A stretch of 59,013 bases of DNA, the filler included, from Dugesia japonica (taxonomy: Eukaryota), in NCBI GenBank assembly GCA_001938525.1. It is 6 parts of 6 records of this genome, joined end to end, with 100 filler letters (N's around TTAATTAATTAA, not from the genome) between each part and the next. Parts side by side here need not be neighbours in the genome. Positions count along the whole stretch, not along the records: positions 1 to 10,413 come from MQRL01624176.1; positions 10,514 to 20,998 come from MQRL01625180.1; 4 more parts are not named here. One strand, given 5' to 3'. Below the pieces are notes generated by a model. The model saw only the letters and a list, made by a program, of their open reading frames with translations, was not told where the DNA came from and made no database searches. Position 1 is the stretch's first letter; the number at the start of each line of letters is the position of its first letter. A program made the position numbers and the translations under genes. This document shows, one piece after another, positions 1 to 10,945 of this stretch.

Positions 1-1569
1 ATGAGAATGATGCCGAGTTGTATCAGAAAATCCTATAAAAGGACCCCTGATCTCAGCAGAAAAATCAACAAAAACTCACATTTCTAATAACCAATTTCAG
101 CGATAAAAAAATTGTTAACAGAATATATCGGGTTACCAAAGAAATTTCTCAAGACTACGATAACAATTTGGTACCTGTCCAGAAGAATTTGATTCCACCA
201 GAACACGATTTAGTAAACACTTGATTAATTAGATCACGATTAATTTTATTTCAAGAGTACCAAAGCATCTCCGAAGAAATCTAATAATTCTAGTGTGGGA
301 AATCGCGAGAACCGTTGCAGACAGCTTATAAGAATTATTAAAAGTAAATTGTTAATTTTTGATTATAAAAAATGTTAAATTTGTCAATGTCGAATATTAT
401 TTAATTTAATAAAAGTAGTTACTGTTATGCGTTTGGGTATTAATTTTTCTTTTAACTATTAATTTTAGAAAACATCTGGTAATCGACCCCAAAGCAAGCT
501 CAGAATCTCTTAAAAAATTATTGATTATGGCAAAGGCAAATATTTTTTTTGGCTCATAAATAATAAAAAATGGAAGGATTTGATAATTTCAAAAGGCATG
601 TTCTGGATTAACTAAAATCCGAGTATTCGGACAAGATCTGGTTGTTTTGACAATTTTGCATTCCCCAGTTAGATTAAAATATCATAATAAATGAATCGAA
701 CAAATAAACCGTTTCAAGTTATTTATTGAAATAAAAAACAGTAAATAGTAAAGCAACCCACCACAATAAATTCCAATGAAGTATGATCAAGGAAAATTGG
801 CAAATAAAATAAATTCCAAGATAATCGTAGCATTCACTCTAAATCTCCTCCTCATTATTGTCAGCGACTTCTTAGAATCAGATACTATAAGCGTAAAATT
901 TTCTTTTAAGTCAATTATGTACTATGAAATATATCTTACCGTATGGCGAGAATTCCCAAGAAAAATTCAGCCGAATCAATTAAGATTCATGCTAGTTGCA
1001 GTAGAGTGACTAATAGATATTTGTTATTTACATCCGATTATCTGCCTTACACACATACTTAAACTAACAGGCACAAGCACAACAGATAAAAACCAAATAG
1101 TTAATTTAAACAATGTTGCCAAGCAATGATAATAGGCAGAAATACGAAATCTCAAAAATAATAATATTTAACTGTTTTCTATTTTCTCTTGTTTTCTTAA
1201 GTTATCGATGAAGAATAATATAGTAACAACTATCGGGATCGGTAATACTAGAAGCTGGTCATGGTTCGCAATGATGGAGTTAGTAAATGACTAGGCATCG
1301 ACTTATCACGATATTCAGACAATTGAGTTAACCTTCGGGTAGATTACGGTTAAAAATATCATTCGGAATTAAAACGGGTTTCTATTTTCATACATCAATA
1401 AGTATGTACACCGTTTGGTATTTATAAATGTGGATCCCCACTAGCCTATATTTCATCATTATATTTGATTCTTGAGATTCAAAATCTGATCAATGCTATT
1501 CTCATCATTAGTGATACCCGTGTGGTAGAAACTAGTGGTAGTCATACAACCAAACGATCATTATGAGCA

Positions 1570-1830
1570 TTGATAATATTTTTGCCATTACGGGCACTGT
1601 ATTTAAACATTTTAGTATTATTATTATTACCAATTATCATTATTGGTACTACTATTATTATTATTTTTTAATATTATAATTCGTATGATTATGATTACTA
1701 TTGTTATTAACATATAATGGTTGTTATTACCACTAGGGTTACCCATGCCATGTCCCATATTAATCTTAGTATCAGTATCATTATCCATATGCTGATTATT
1801 ATCATTATTAATACCACCCGTATTACCTGA
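1570..1830. repeat. Low-complexity degenerate ATT/ATC/TAC-rich tract
   Basis: Runs such as attattattaccaattatcattattggtactactattatta. Confidence 0.6.
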
Positions 1831-2380
1831 GAATAATGTCGATTTGGTTTCTCTTGGGGAACTAAATCATGAGTGATGTTATTAAGTTATGCTATTCTTA
1901 TATTTAGTATATGTCTGCCCAATTGTATAAGATTCTGCGAAAGATAGCACGACAGAGGCAAGCGGTTCGTAAAAAACAATTGATAGCCCACATTATAACC
2001 CACGGAANNNNNNNNNNNNNNNNNNNNNNNNNNNNNNNNNNNNNNNNNNNNNNNNNNGGAAGGATAGAACATCCAGATGAAACAGACTTGTGCTGTTTTG
2101 CCGAGATGTTTCCCATGGACGGAAGGATAGACTCAGACGAGGAGTAATTACCTCCCTTAGCGTTACAAGTATCTGTGTGATTAAGGACATCATGAAATAA
2201 AATATTATATTTTTTAATTTTATAATTCTTTTATCATGTCTTAATGCATTATAATCTAAATTTTACTAGCCCTATTTTGTCCTTAGGTATGGATTCTATA
2301 TGGATACGTGTCGTCGATAGGAGAACCCATCGGCTAACTCTGCTTGGATATCATAACCCCATAATCAGGACGCAGGCATC

Positions 2381-2668
2381 TTGGTCGACCGCTTCAATCT
2401 ACCGCCGGTAGAATTACTAGTGTCCCGCATTAATGATTTTGGTGAACGGCAGCGATATCAGACTTGGACGGGTCCGGATCGTACTTTAGCAACCTCATTT
2501 TCATATCAACCTAACACTCCTCCCCCAGCCCCTGAGATACAAGCCTTCATCGCTAATCTCCTCTGGAGAGTCCGAGAGCCAAATGGGATAACCGATGTCG
2601 AGAATACTGCCCCCAATGCTAACAATAATAATAATACTTCTAAACTCCTTTATGGTTGTTTGTTATAA
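2381..2668 (+). CDS. Small hypothetical ORF in a GC-richer virus-like gene cluster
   Basis: 95-aa ORF (TTG start) with a Pro-rich stretch; local GC is well above background; AATAAA overlaps the stop. Confidence 0.3.
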   Translation: MVDRFNLPPVELLVSRINDFGERQRYQTWTGPDRTLATSFSYQPNTPPPAPEIQAFIANLLWRVREPNGITDVENTAPNANNNNNTSKLLYGCLL

Positions 2669-2762
2669 TAAATAGGTGTTTAAATTGTAGTTATTTCCAA
2701 TTCTTCGTGTAAAATAAAGTTTCGTCAACAATAATAACGATCTGGCGGTTCAAACTAAAGCG

Positions 2763-2954
2763 TTGGAAACCGAAACCAAACAGCTGTTGATGCGGACAAT
2801 AGAGTTCTTAAAACAATATATTGCCGATCTGTCCAGTCGAATAGGCAACCCATCTGTAACCCAATGGGACGACGATGACGACATCGCCGCTTTCAACTTC
2901 GTGGTAACGGAACCAAGCCAATGGCTAGATCCAGGGGCGCTGGATTTACTTTAA
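2763..2954 (+). CDS. Small hypothetical protein, with a diverged homolog at about 9130-9297
   Basis: TKQLLMRTIEFLKQYI...QWDDDDDIAAFNFVVTEPSQWLDPGA aligns with TKQILVNKIHVLTRYI...RWNSDDDEVAFKFLIDEPTHWLDPEA at about 9130-9290. Confidence 0.45.
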   Translation: METETKQLLMRTIEFLKQYIADLSSRIGNPSVTQWDDDDDIAAFNFVVTEPSQWLDPGALDLL

Positions 2955-3433
2955 ATATTTTTATAAAAAAAAATGTCTGTATTCAAAATTGTAATTTCTT
3001 CCTTTCAACAGTAACAATAAGGGAAAAATCATTGAACCCGAATNNNNNNNNNNNNNNNNNNNNNNNNNNNNNNNNNNNNNNNNNNNNNNNNNNTTGTAAT
3101 TTCTTCCTTTCAACAGTAACAATAAGGGAAAAATCATTGAACCCGAATACAAAGGTTTATTGGTGTGCACCTTCTATTAAGAGTAAAGTCAACCGCCATA
3201 AACTGAAAACCTACCCCAGTAACGGTTGGGTAAATTCTTGAAAGTGTTCCCCTGAGGGCGGTTTTTCCCCAGCCACGTTATTTTTCACTCAACTCAGGTG
3301 GGACCCAACATTATCTTGGAAAAAATCTATTATGGGGCCCTCTGTAATTTCTCTTTCTTTATTATGAAACTCTTTTCGTTTGTGAGTGTTAACGAGCATC
3401 ATTTTTTATATATAAAAAGTTTAGCTTAACAAA

Positions 3434-3907
3434 ATGACGTCTATATCAGAACATGAATTAATTGATTTAGTAAATTAATCTCTAAGTAAATCTGTGGAAA
3501 TTAATGGTAAAAACTATTGGATTGGAAATAAAGTTAAAGAAGAACTAAAAAAGAAAATGGGTAAAGAACATGAAGGTAGTTTTGGTTTTCTAGCTGCAAT
3601 ACCAGCTATAATTGCTGGTTTGGCTTCTACAGCTAGAATTGCAACTGGAATGGCATCAGCTGTTAGTAATTCAAGAAAAACGATTAAAAAGCAGAAAGAA
3701 ATAGAATTATTAGATATGGATATTGCTTCAAAAAAACAAGGAAGTGGACTTTACTTAAAACCTTATCAACGAAGTTCAATTCATAAATATTTAAAAAATT
3801 GTTTAGATAATTCAGAGTTGAAAATGATTACTAAAAANNNNNNNNNNNGAATACAGGTTAAAATAAAAGGAGATGGTTTATATTTAAAACCTTTTAAAAA
3901 TGGATAG
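3434..3907 (+). pseudogene. Polinton/adintovirus core protein (pX / 'gasderminX'-like)
   Basis: GSFGFLAAIPAIIAGLAS hydrophobic segment followed by two G-x-G-LYLKP motifs; early in-frame stop after ATG 3434. Confidence 0.65.
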
Positions 3908-4739
3908 TGAAGAAGTGTTGGTAAAAATAAAACTTTTGAAAGAATTAATTAAAGCTCAAGATAACTATGATAATTTATTTACTGAAAATGTTATTGAATC
4001 AAGAACTTTACAAGATACTTTAACTACTCTACAATCACCTACAATTGAAGCAGTTAAAAGTTTAAAAAAACAACTAAAACCCCTTTTGAAAAAAGAATTC
4101 CAATCTTTACAAATACTTGTATAAATCCTGAATTTTTAAAAGTTCCAACAGTTATACCTATATTTTTAACTGAAGTTATTGATAATAAAAACTTTCAAAA
4201 AATAATTTATCCTAATTATAAAGGTTCTATAACAGAAGTATATTTATTTGAAGAAGAAGGAAAAAAATACTTTGAAAATAAGAAAAAAGTAATTCCTTAT
4301 CTAAAGAATTAATAAATTTAATTTTAGGAAAAAGAAGTAATGATCCTGAAGCAGTTGATATTTATTTACATAATTTAATATTACATTTCATCATCAAAAT
4401 AAATCTTATAAATTTTTAACTGCGGGAGAAGTTAGAAAAGAAAAACCTATAAAAGAAGTTCCTGTTGTAAAAGAAAGAGAAATTACAGAGGGCCCCATTG
4501 GAAAAGAAGATATCCTAAAGGGTCCCATCAAAGGAGAAAGTTTAGATCCTAAAGATGATTGCGAAGCTCAGAAAGATCACATAACTTTCTTTGAAAGATT
4601 AACACTATTAATTTCAGCTGTAAAAGCAGGACATAATAATTTAAACAAAGAAATTAAATCTGTTTGTAAATTATTATTAAACCAAGAGTTAATTACCAAA
4701 GAAAAATATGTTTATAAAAATAAATACTTTTCATTATGA
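3900..4739 (+). pseudogene. Conserved Polinton hypothetical protein with C-terminal ERL-x-LLI-x(4)-AGHNN motif
   Basis: Frameshifted reading ending FLERLTLLISAVKAGHNNLNKEIKSV; homologs at 54641-55435(-) and 56906-57420(+). Confidence 0.6.
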
Positions 4740-5442
4740 AAATCCTAAAGAAAATTTCTTATCAATTTTTAGTTGTTGGTAAAGAATCTGATCTTAAGGT
4801 TAATTTAAGATTTCCAATAGAATTAGATTCAGACAATGAAATGGGATTATTATGTTTTAGTTGTTATAATATAATTTTTAATGTCACTAATAAAAATAAT
4901 AGTTTTTACTGTAATGATAAATTAATAACCATTGAACCAGGTGCTTATGAAATTAAAGAAATATCAAATAAATTGTCAAAGTATAAAATTGAAGTTACAG
5001 CAGATCAATCAACAACAAAATGTAATTTAGATATAAAAGAAAATAAAATAAAATTTGATGACAAATCTTTTTTACATACAATCTTAGGATTTTCACATAA
5101 AGGCCCAGAGGGTTCCCAGTATTCACCAGGAAAATACTATTCAGAAAATAAGATTGATATTTTAATTATTAATATGATAAATATTACTTGTAATTTAGTA
5201 AAAGGTAATTATATTAATAACTTACCAATGAATTTATTATATTCTTTTCCAGTAAATACTGTTGGTTTTGGTTTTAAAATTATAGAAAGACTTTATCCTC
5301 CAATTTATTCAAGATTAAACTCCAAACTTATTGATTCTTTAATATTATTAATGATGAAAATTATTATTGATGAAATAATCCTATAGATTTTAATGAGCAA
5401 ACTATTTCTTTATCAGTTCATATAAGAAAATTTATGGATTAA
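4736..5442 (+). pseudogene. Minor capsid (penton-like) protein
   Basis: FPIELD...MGLLCFSCYN...NVTNKNN...IEPGAYEI...INITCNLVKGNYIN...LYSFPV...GFKIIER..PPIY is the typical Polinton mCP pattern; C-terminal frameshift. Confidence 0.8.
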
Positions 5443-5906
5443 AGTCCTACGGCGTCTTAGATTTTCTAAAAACATTTNTAATAAATACTAAAACTAATTT
5501 TGATTTGTATTCTATTGCTGATTTTTTAAATCTTGAACTTAAGGTTTTAATGAAATGAAGTCACAAATAAAATCGATACCCGCGGGTATCGAAATAAATA
5601 TATTTTTAATTATCAAAATTCAAATCAAAAAGGAACTCGTTGGAACTTTATACATATACATATATTACTCAAGCTGAAAGCGCCTATTATTTTGATTCTT
5701 ATGGTTTAAAACCTTTTAAAGAAATAGAAACAAAAGTAAATCTATATAATGAAATTCAAGTTCAACCTTTTGGAACTAGTATCTGTGGAGTATTATGTTT
5801 ATATTTTTTATATTCACTTTTTTTTAAAACATTTGATGAAATAATTAATGAATTATATGAAACCTTTAGAGAATTGCTTAAATTAACCCTTATAAAAAAT
5901 AAATGA
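5434..5906 (+). pseudogene. Adenain-like (C5) cysteine protease, inactivated
   Basis: YFDSYG and QVQPFGTSICG are present; the catalytic-His motif reads GTRW instead of GTHW; frameshifts. Confidence 0.85.
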
Positions 5907-6558
5907 ATTTTTGTGTAGAAACTTTAAATAGTCAAAATAATACAGAAATATTAAAACATGTTTCTGCAAAATTAAAATTAGAATCTATAAACAATGAAAA
6001 AAGATTTGTTAATAAAAGTGGAGATTCAATTACCAACTTAAAAATTATTAATGAACCCAAAAATGAATTAGATGCAGTTAATTTAAAATATTTAAATAAT
6101 AAAATTACTAAATTNNNNNNNNNNNNNNNNNNNNNNNNNNNNNNNNNNNNNNNNNNNNNNNNNNNNNNNNNNNNNNNNNNNNNNNNNNNNNNNNNNNNNN
6201 NNNNNNNNNNNNNNNNNNNNNNNNNNNNNNNNNNNNNNNNNNNNNNNNNNNNNNNNNNNNNNNNNNNNNNNNNNNNAGTAATTTGAAAAAAGAAATCACA
6301 GAGCTCTTTGAAAAAATTAATAATTTATCTAGTAATTGTTCACCCGAAAAATTTAATAAAATTAATTTAGAAATGGAAAAATTATCGAGAGAAATCGAAT
6401 TGTTAAATAATCCTTTAATTCCTTTAGAAGAAGAATTTAATAAAATAAAACAAGATATTGACCGTGTTAATGAAATTAATGATTATATTATGAGAATAAA
6501 ACAAAATAAAACCCAAAGTGCCACAACCCAAAATAAACTTTATAGACAAAACCTGTAA
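5903..6558 (+). pseudogene. Fibre-like coiled-coil protein
   Basis: FVNKSGD and EPKNELDAVNLKYL motifs, then heptad-rich sequence; interrupted by an N gap; homologs at about 33750-34200 and 58559-59013. Confidence 0.5.
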
Positions 6559-6759
6559 AACAAGATTAGAGAAATTATTTCCCTTACTCCAATAAAATAA
6601 ATTTTACTAATCCCAAAAGACCAAATCCCAAAACACTTTTTAGATTAACCACTTTATTTAGAAAGAATGATCTTAATTCTTAAATTTGATAATTTACTTT
6701 TTAAATCTTCAATTGTATATTTTTGGTATTTTCAAATAGATAATACTTGTATTGACAAG

Positions 6760-8303
6760 TATTTTCAAATAACCAAAAATCAAATAATAGATTTGGAAGA
6801 GCTAGACAATTAAACAAAGCACAAGTTGGAGATATATTATTTTCATTTATGAAAAATGAAACTACACCAATAAATTGGAAAGAAGAAACATATTTAATAT
6901 ATTTAGATGAGAATTCTTTGTATGCAAGTTGGATTAAGCAATTNNNNNNNNNNNNNNNNNNNNNNNNNNNNNNNNNNNNNNNNNNNNNNNNNNNNNNNNN
7001 NNNNNNNNNNNGAAAGAAGAAACATATTTAATATATTTAGATGAGAATTCTTTGTATGCAAGTTGTATGACAAAACCTTTACCAACAGGAGAAATTAATT
7101 ATTGTCAGGACTTAATTTATACACCAGCAAGTTCAGAAGTTAATTATGTTTATGAAGTTGATTTAGAATACCCAAAAGAGATTTATGAAAAGACAAAATA
7201 CTTTCCATTAGCACCAAATCCTTTAAATATTACAAAAGAAATGCTAGCATCATATCAATTGTCTTTTGAAAAGAAATTAAGTAAGAAAAATATTAAATTA
7301 ACATTAAATCAATTTTATAAACAAAATTATATTATTTTAGGAAGTACTTTAGGTTTATATTTAAAATTTGGAATGAAAATATTAAAAATACATTCAAAAT
7401 ACAAAATGCCAACAAAACCTTGGTTAAAAAATTACATTCCATTTAATATTGATCAAAGAAATTAAGCAAAAAGAAATAACAATGTTTTTGGAGATTATTT
7501 CTTTAAATTATTAAATAATGCTTTCTATAGAAAAACTTTGGAAAATATAAGAAATAGGTATAATGTTGAAATTGTAGATTCAGATAAAGATTATCAGAAA
7601 TTTGCTAGTAAAATTAATTTTAAATCTAGTAAAATATTTAGTTTCAAAGAAAATGGTGAAGTGGAATCAGTAGCAATTCATCTTCATAAAACAAAATTAA
7701 AATATAATAAATTTTCTTACATAGGATTTACTATTTTAGAATATGCTAAAGAAGTAATTTACGACTTTATTTATCATTAGATGGATTAAGCAATTCTTAA
7801 TAAATATAAAATTCATTACTGAGATACAGATTCAATTTTTGTAGAAATAATAGGACAAGAAAATTTAAATAAAGTGACAAGTTTATTAGGAAATAATTTA
7901 TTTGAGATGAAAGATGAAAAACCAAAATTCTGAAATAGTTAAATGTAATTTTATAAAAGCAAAAAGTTATATTATTCAAGATCAAAGAATAGAAATATAG
8001 AATAGAATATAGAAACAAAACATAAAGGAGTTTCTAAAACTAATAAAATAGGGATGTAACATTATGATAAAGTTTGAAGTAACCCTAAAGAAATAATATA
8101 TGGTACTAATCACAGTTTAAAATCACATAAACATGAAATAGAATTAACTGAACAAAAGAAAATTGCTTTAACAGGGTATGATGATAAAAGATTAATCGAG
8201 GACAATGGAATAATAACTTAGCCACGTGGAAATAAGTTTAAATGTGAAACTTGTAATCAGTGGCATTTAAGATTAGATAAATTATTAGGGAAAAATTGTT
8301 TAA
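6760..8303 (+). pseudogene. Protein-primed family B DNA polymerase, C-terminal half
   Basis: YLDENSLY, YEVDLEYP, KLLNNAFY-x-KTLEN, Y-x-DTDS and YDDKR motifs; several stops. Confidence 0.9.
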
Positions 8304-8424
8304 TATAAAAATGGGCTCATTAATTTAATATCTAAATATAAAATAAAAAAGTGGTGACTGCAGTCTCTAGTTTCTAAAATTCAAAATGTAAAAAATGTGC
8401 CTGCGGGAACAATTAAATTATTTC

Positions 8425-8885
8425 TTTAACTTGTTTATTATTTTCTGTTGAGTTGTAATGTGATTTTCAAGTTTCTTTAAAATATCACTTACATATTTAA
8501 TTTTTTTATTTACANCTGAAAATAAATCTTTAACTTGTTTTACTATATTCTTGCTTATTGATATTTCTTCATCTGTTAAAATATCATCAGATAAAGCTTT
8601 TTGGTGAAATAAAAATAATTTGTTTTTAAATGTTTCTAATTCATGTATTAAATTTTTATACTTCTTTTTTGATGAAAAATGAATTCAAAGTACCAATAAC
8701 TGGAATACAAGAAACTGTTGTAGTTAAAATAATTGAAATCAAACCCTCGCCAATTCCAAAAGTTCCTAAAGAAATTAATATAGTTCCAGTTATTCCAACA
8801 ACTGTACCAATAAATATTTCTGTAAATCTAATTGAAGTATCTAATCTTGACCATCTTTTAGACCTTACTCTGATAATGAGTTGTT
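8425..8885 (-). pseudogene. Polinton membrane protein, convergent with pPolB
   Basis: Minus strand reads IFIGTVVGITGTILISLGTFGIG...KALSDDILTDEEI; homolog at about 34780-35400(+). Confidence 0.55.
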
Positions 8886-9094
8886 ACACTTTATAATTTT
8901 ATGCTTATTTTGTTTTAGCCGATATTGTCTAATGGAGTTTCTAATGTTTAATTTTGTTTCTATTTAGTGCCCAGAATACGTCTACCTAATAGCCTGTGTC
9001 GTTGCCATAGATTAATAAAGAAGTTGCTGCCTNNNNNNNNNNNNNNNNNNNNNNNNNNNNNNNNNNNNNNNNNNNNNNNNNNNNNNNNNNNATA

Positions 9095-9560
9095 AAGAAA
9101 CTCGACCTGATCGTAAAAAAGCAAGATGCACAAGCCAAACGTACTAAGCAGATACTAGTGAACAAAATTCATGTCTTGACTAGGTACATTAGAAAGGTGG
9201 ACCAGGTGGAATAGTGACGACGATGAAGTTGCATTCAAATTTTTGATTGACGAGCCCACCCACTGGCTTGACCCTGAGGCCTGAAAGTATATGTAATTAC
9301 AGCTGTTTCTGTAAAAATAAATCTTTTTATAAATTTATTGTCAATATCTAACAGTCTTTTTTAAATGTGGAATTATTGAACCCGAATTTAAAGATGTGTG
9401 AGTGTGTACGCCAAATAAGCGATGGGAGTCAACCCCTGCACATCGAAAACCTAAATAAAGGCTTTAGGTAAATTCTTGAAATGGTCCCCTGAGGGCTGTC
9501 TTTCCTTCCAGCTACATTTTTCTTCACTAAACTCAGGTGGAACCCAAACATTATTACCGC
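9095..9560 (+). repeat. Diverged direct homolog of about 2730-3320
   Basis: Shared blocks attgaacccgaat, ggtaaattcttgaaa, cccctgagggc and aactcaggtgg in the same order. Confidence 0.8.
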
Positions 9561-10413
9561 AATTAATAACCCGAGGATATTCTATGCAGTTTAAGAAGAT
9601 GGTGCTGCTCTTACCATTAGTAAACAAAAACTACCCCATGTGCTGAGAGATAGTCAATATTGAAGCCAACAATTCAAGCAATTCAATGAAACGATATTAC
9701 TATGGTAATCATAACAAAAAAATATTTTTAGGTAATTCAATGAGAAGATACATTTAGTGAGATTACTATCACCATCAATTCAATTAAAACGGTAAAGTCA
9801 ATGCCATTCCTAGTACAGTTAATGAAATGAAATATGTAAAGTCAATTGTTTGAGAAGACAAAAGTGATGCAGCTGTTGTTACAGTTGATGACTGAAAGCT
9901 GAATTTACTCAATGGTTATTACATTATTAATGAACTGAAATAAAATCTAATGATCCCAAAATGGACTCATATTTTATTTACTCCGAATGGTATGAATCTT
10001 GAATGCCAATTACGTCAGAGATTCAGATGAACTTGGAGTTAAATTGATCCCAATGTTATGACATCCAATGAGAGTACCGCAATAAACTGACAGTTTCTAT
10101 AACAACGATGCACGAAAAAACTCTAAACGAAAAATGCTACATTCATCACGATGAATAGAATTTCGACAATTATAACTTTATGATTATCAATAAAAATTTA
10201 CAAAAATTAAACTTTGTGTTGATTTCTTGATGAACATGGGAAATACGAGAGTGTCTAGCGTCCCAATCAATATGAAGCTTCTATCGCTCACGATAAAAAG
10301 AAACTAAATTAAATCGGAGCGTGCCCGCACTCCCTCGATGAGTCACTGACGTAGCCGAAAAAACCGGTCTCAGAACAGCCGGTTAAATCATGGATGGGTA
10401 TAGTTGATTTCAC

Positions 10414-10513
10414 NNNNNNNNNNNNNNNNNNNNNNNNNNNNNNNNNNNNNNNNNNNNTTAATTAATTAANNNNNNNNNNNNNNNNNNNNNNNNNNNNNNN
10501 NNNNNNNNNNNNN
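10414..10513. other. Artificial contig linker
   Basis: N44-TTAATTAATTAA-N44, exactly 100 nt, with stops in all six frames. Confidence 0.97.
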
Positions 10514-10945
10514 CCCTCTTTTCAGTCAATGGTTTAGTTTCTTGGCCATCGTTTATTATTTTTGTTGTTCAAATTACCACTTCTTTAGTTTGTTGGTTCG
10601 CTTTAATTCTTCGTTATCTCCTGCTGTAGTTCCAGTTCTTTCATCCCTTATACGAGTTTTGATNNNNNNNNNNNNNNNNNNNNNNNNNNNNNNNNNNNNN
10701 NNNNNNNNNNNNNNNNNNNTGGGGTCCGAATTCTTCATTTTCTTTTCTTATATAGATCTTTCGAATTCCGTGTCTACTTACGCCATTATATTTTCCTCAA
10801 TCAGGTGTTTCACCCCAACAATTCTATTATCACTATTATTGTTCTTTCTTTGATTTATTTAATAACTATTTATATTTACATTGATATAAACATTTACATT
10901 TGATTATGTGATATTTTTATTATTCATTTGAGCATTTTAAAATAA

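Larger units (their letters stand above)
3434..8900. mobile_element. Degraded Polinton/Maverick (adintovirus-like) segment, copy A
   Basis: Packed core-protein, penton, adenain, fibre-like, pPolB and membrane-protein remnants with many stops and frameshifts. Confidence 0.9.

Noticed and set aside
2989-3150. Short direct repeats flanking N gaps (also near 6880/7015, 28345/28435 and 38905/39080)
   Set aside because: Typical unmerged contig-overlap artefacts.
3403-3418. TTTTTATATATAAAAA palindrome upstream of the core gene as a bidirectional promoter
   Set aside because: Pure AT in AT-rich DNA, abuts the minus-strand ATG, and has no second copy for testing conservation.
6760-8303. Alternative genetic code or stop readthrough explaining in-frame stops
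   Set aside because: Stops are of all three types, copy-specific and mixed with frameshifts; host TTLL1 and the GPCR read normally in the standard code.
8630-8896. Plus-strand 88-aa ORF, and similar ORFs at 14036, 22460, 16661 and 17152
   Set aside because: Antisense shadows of real or decayed genes on the other strand.
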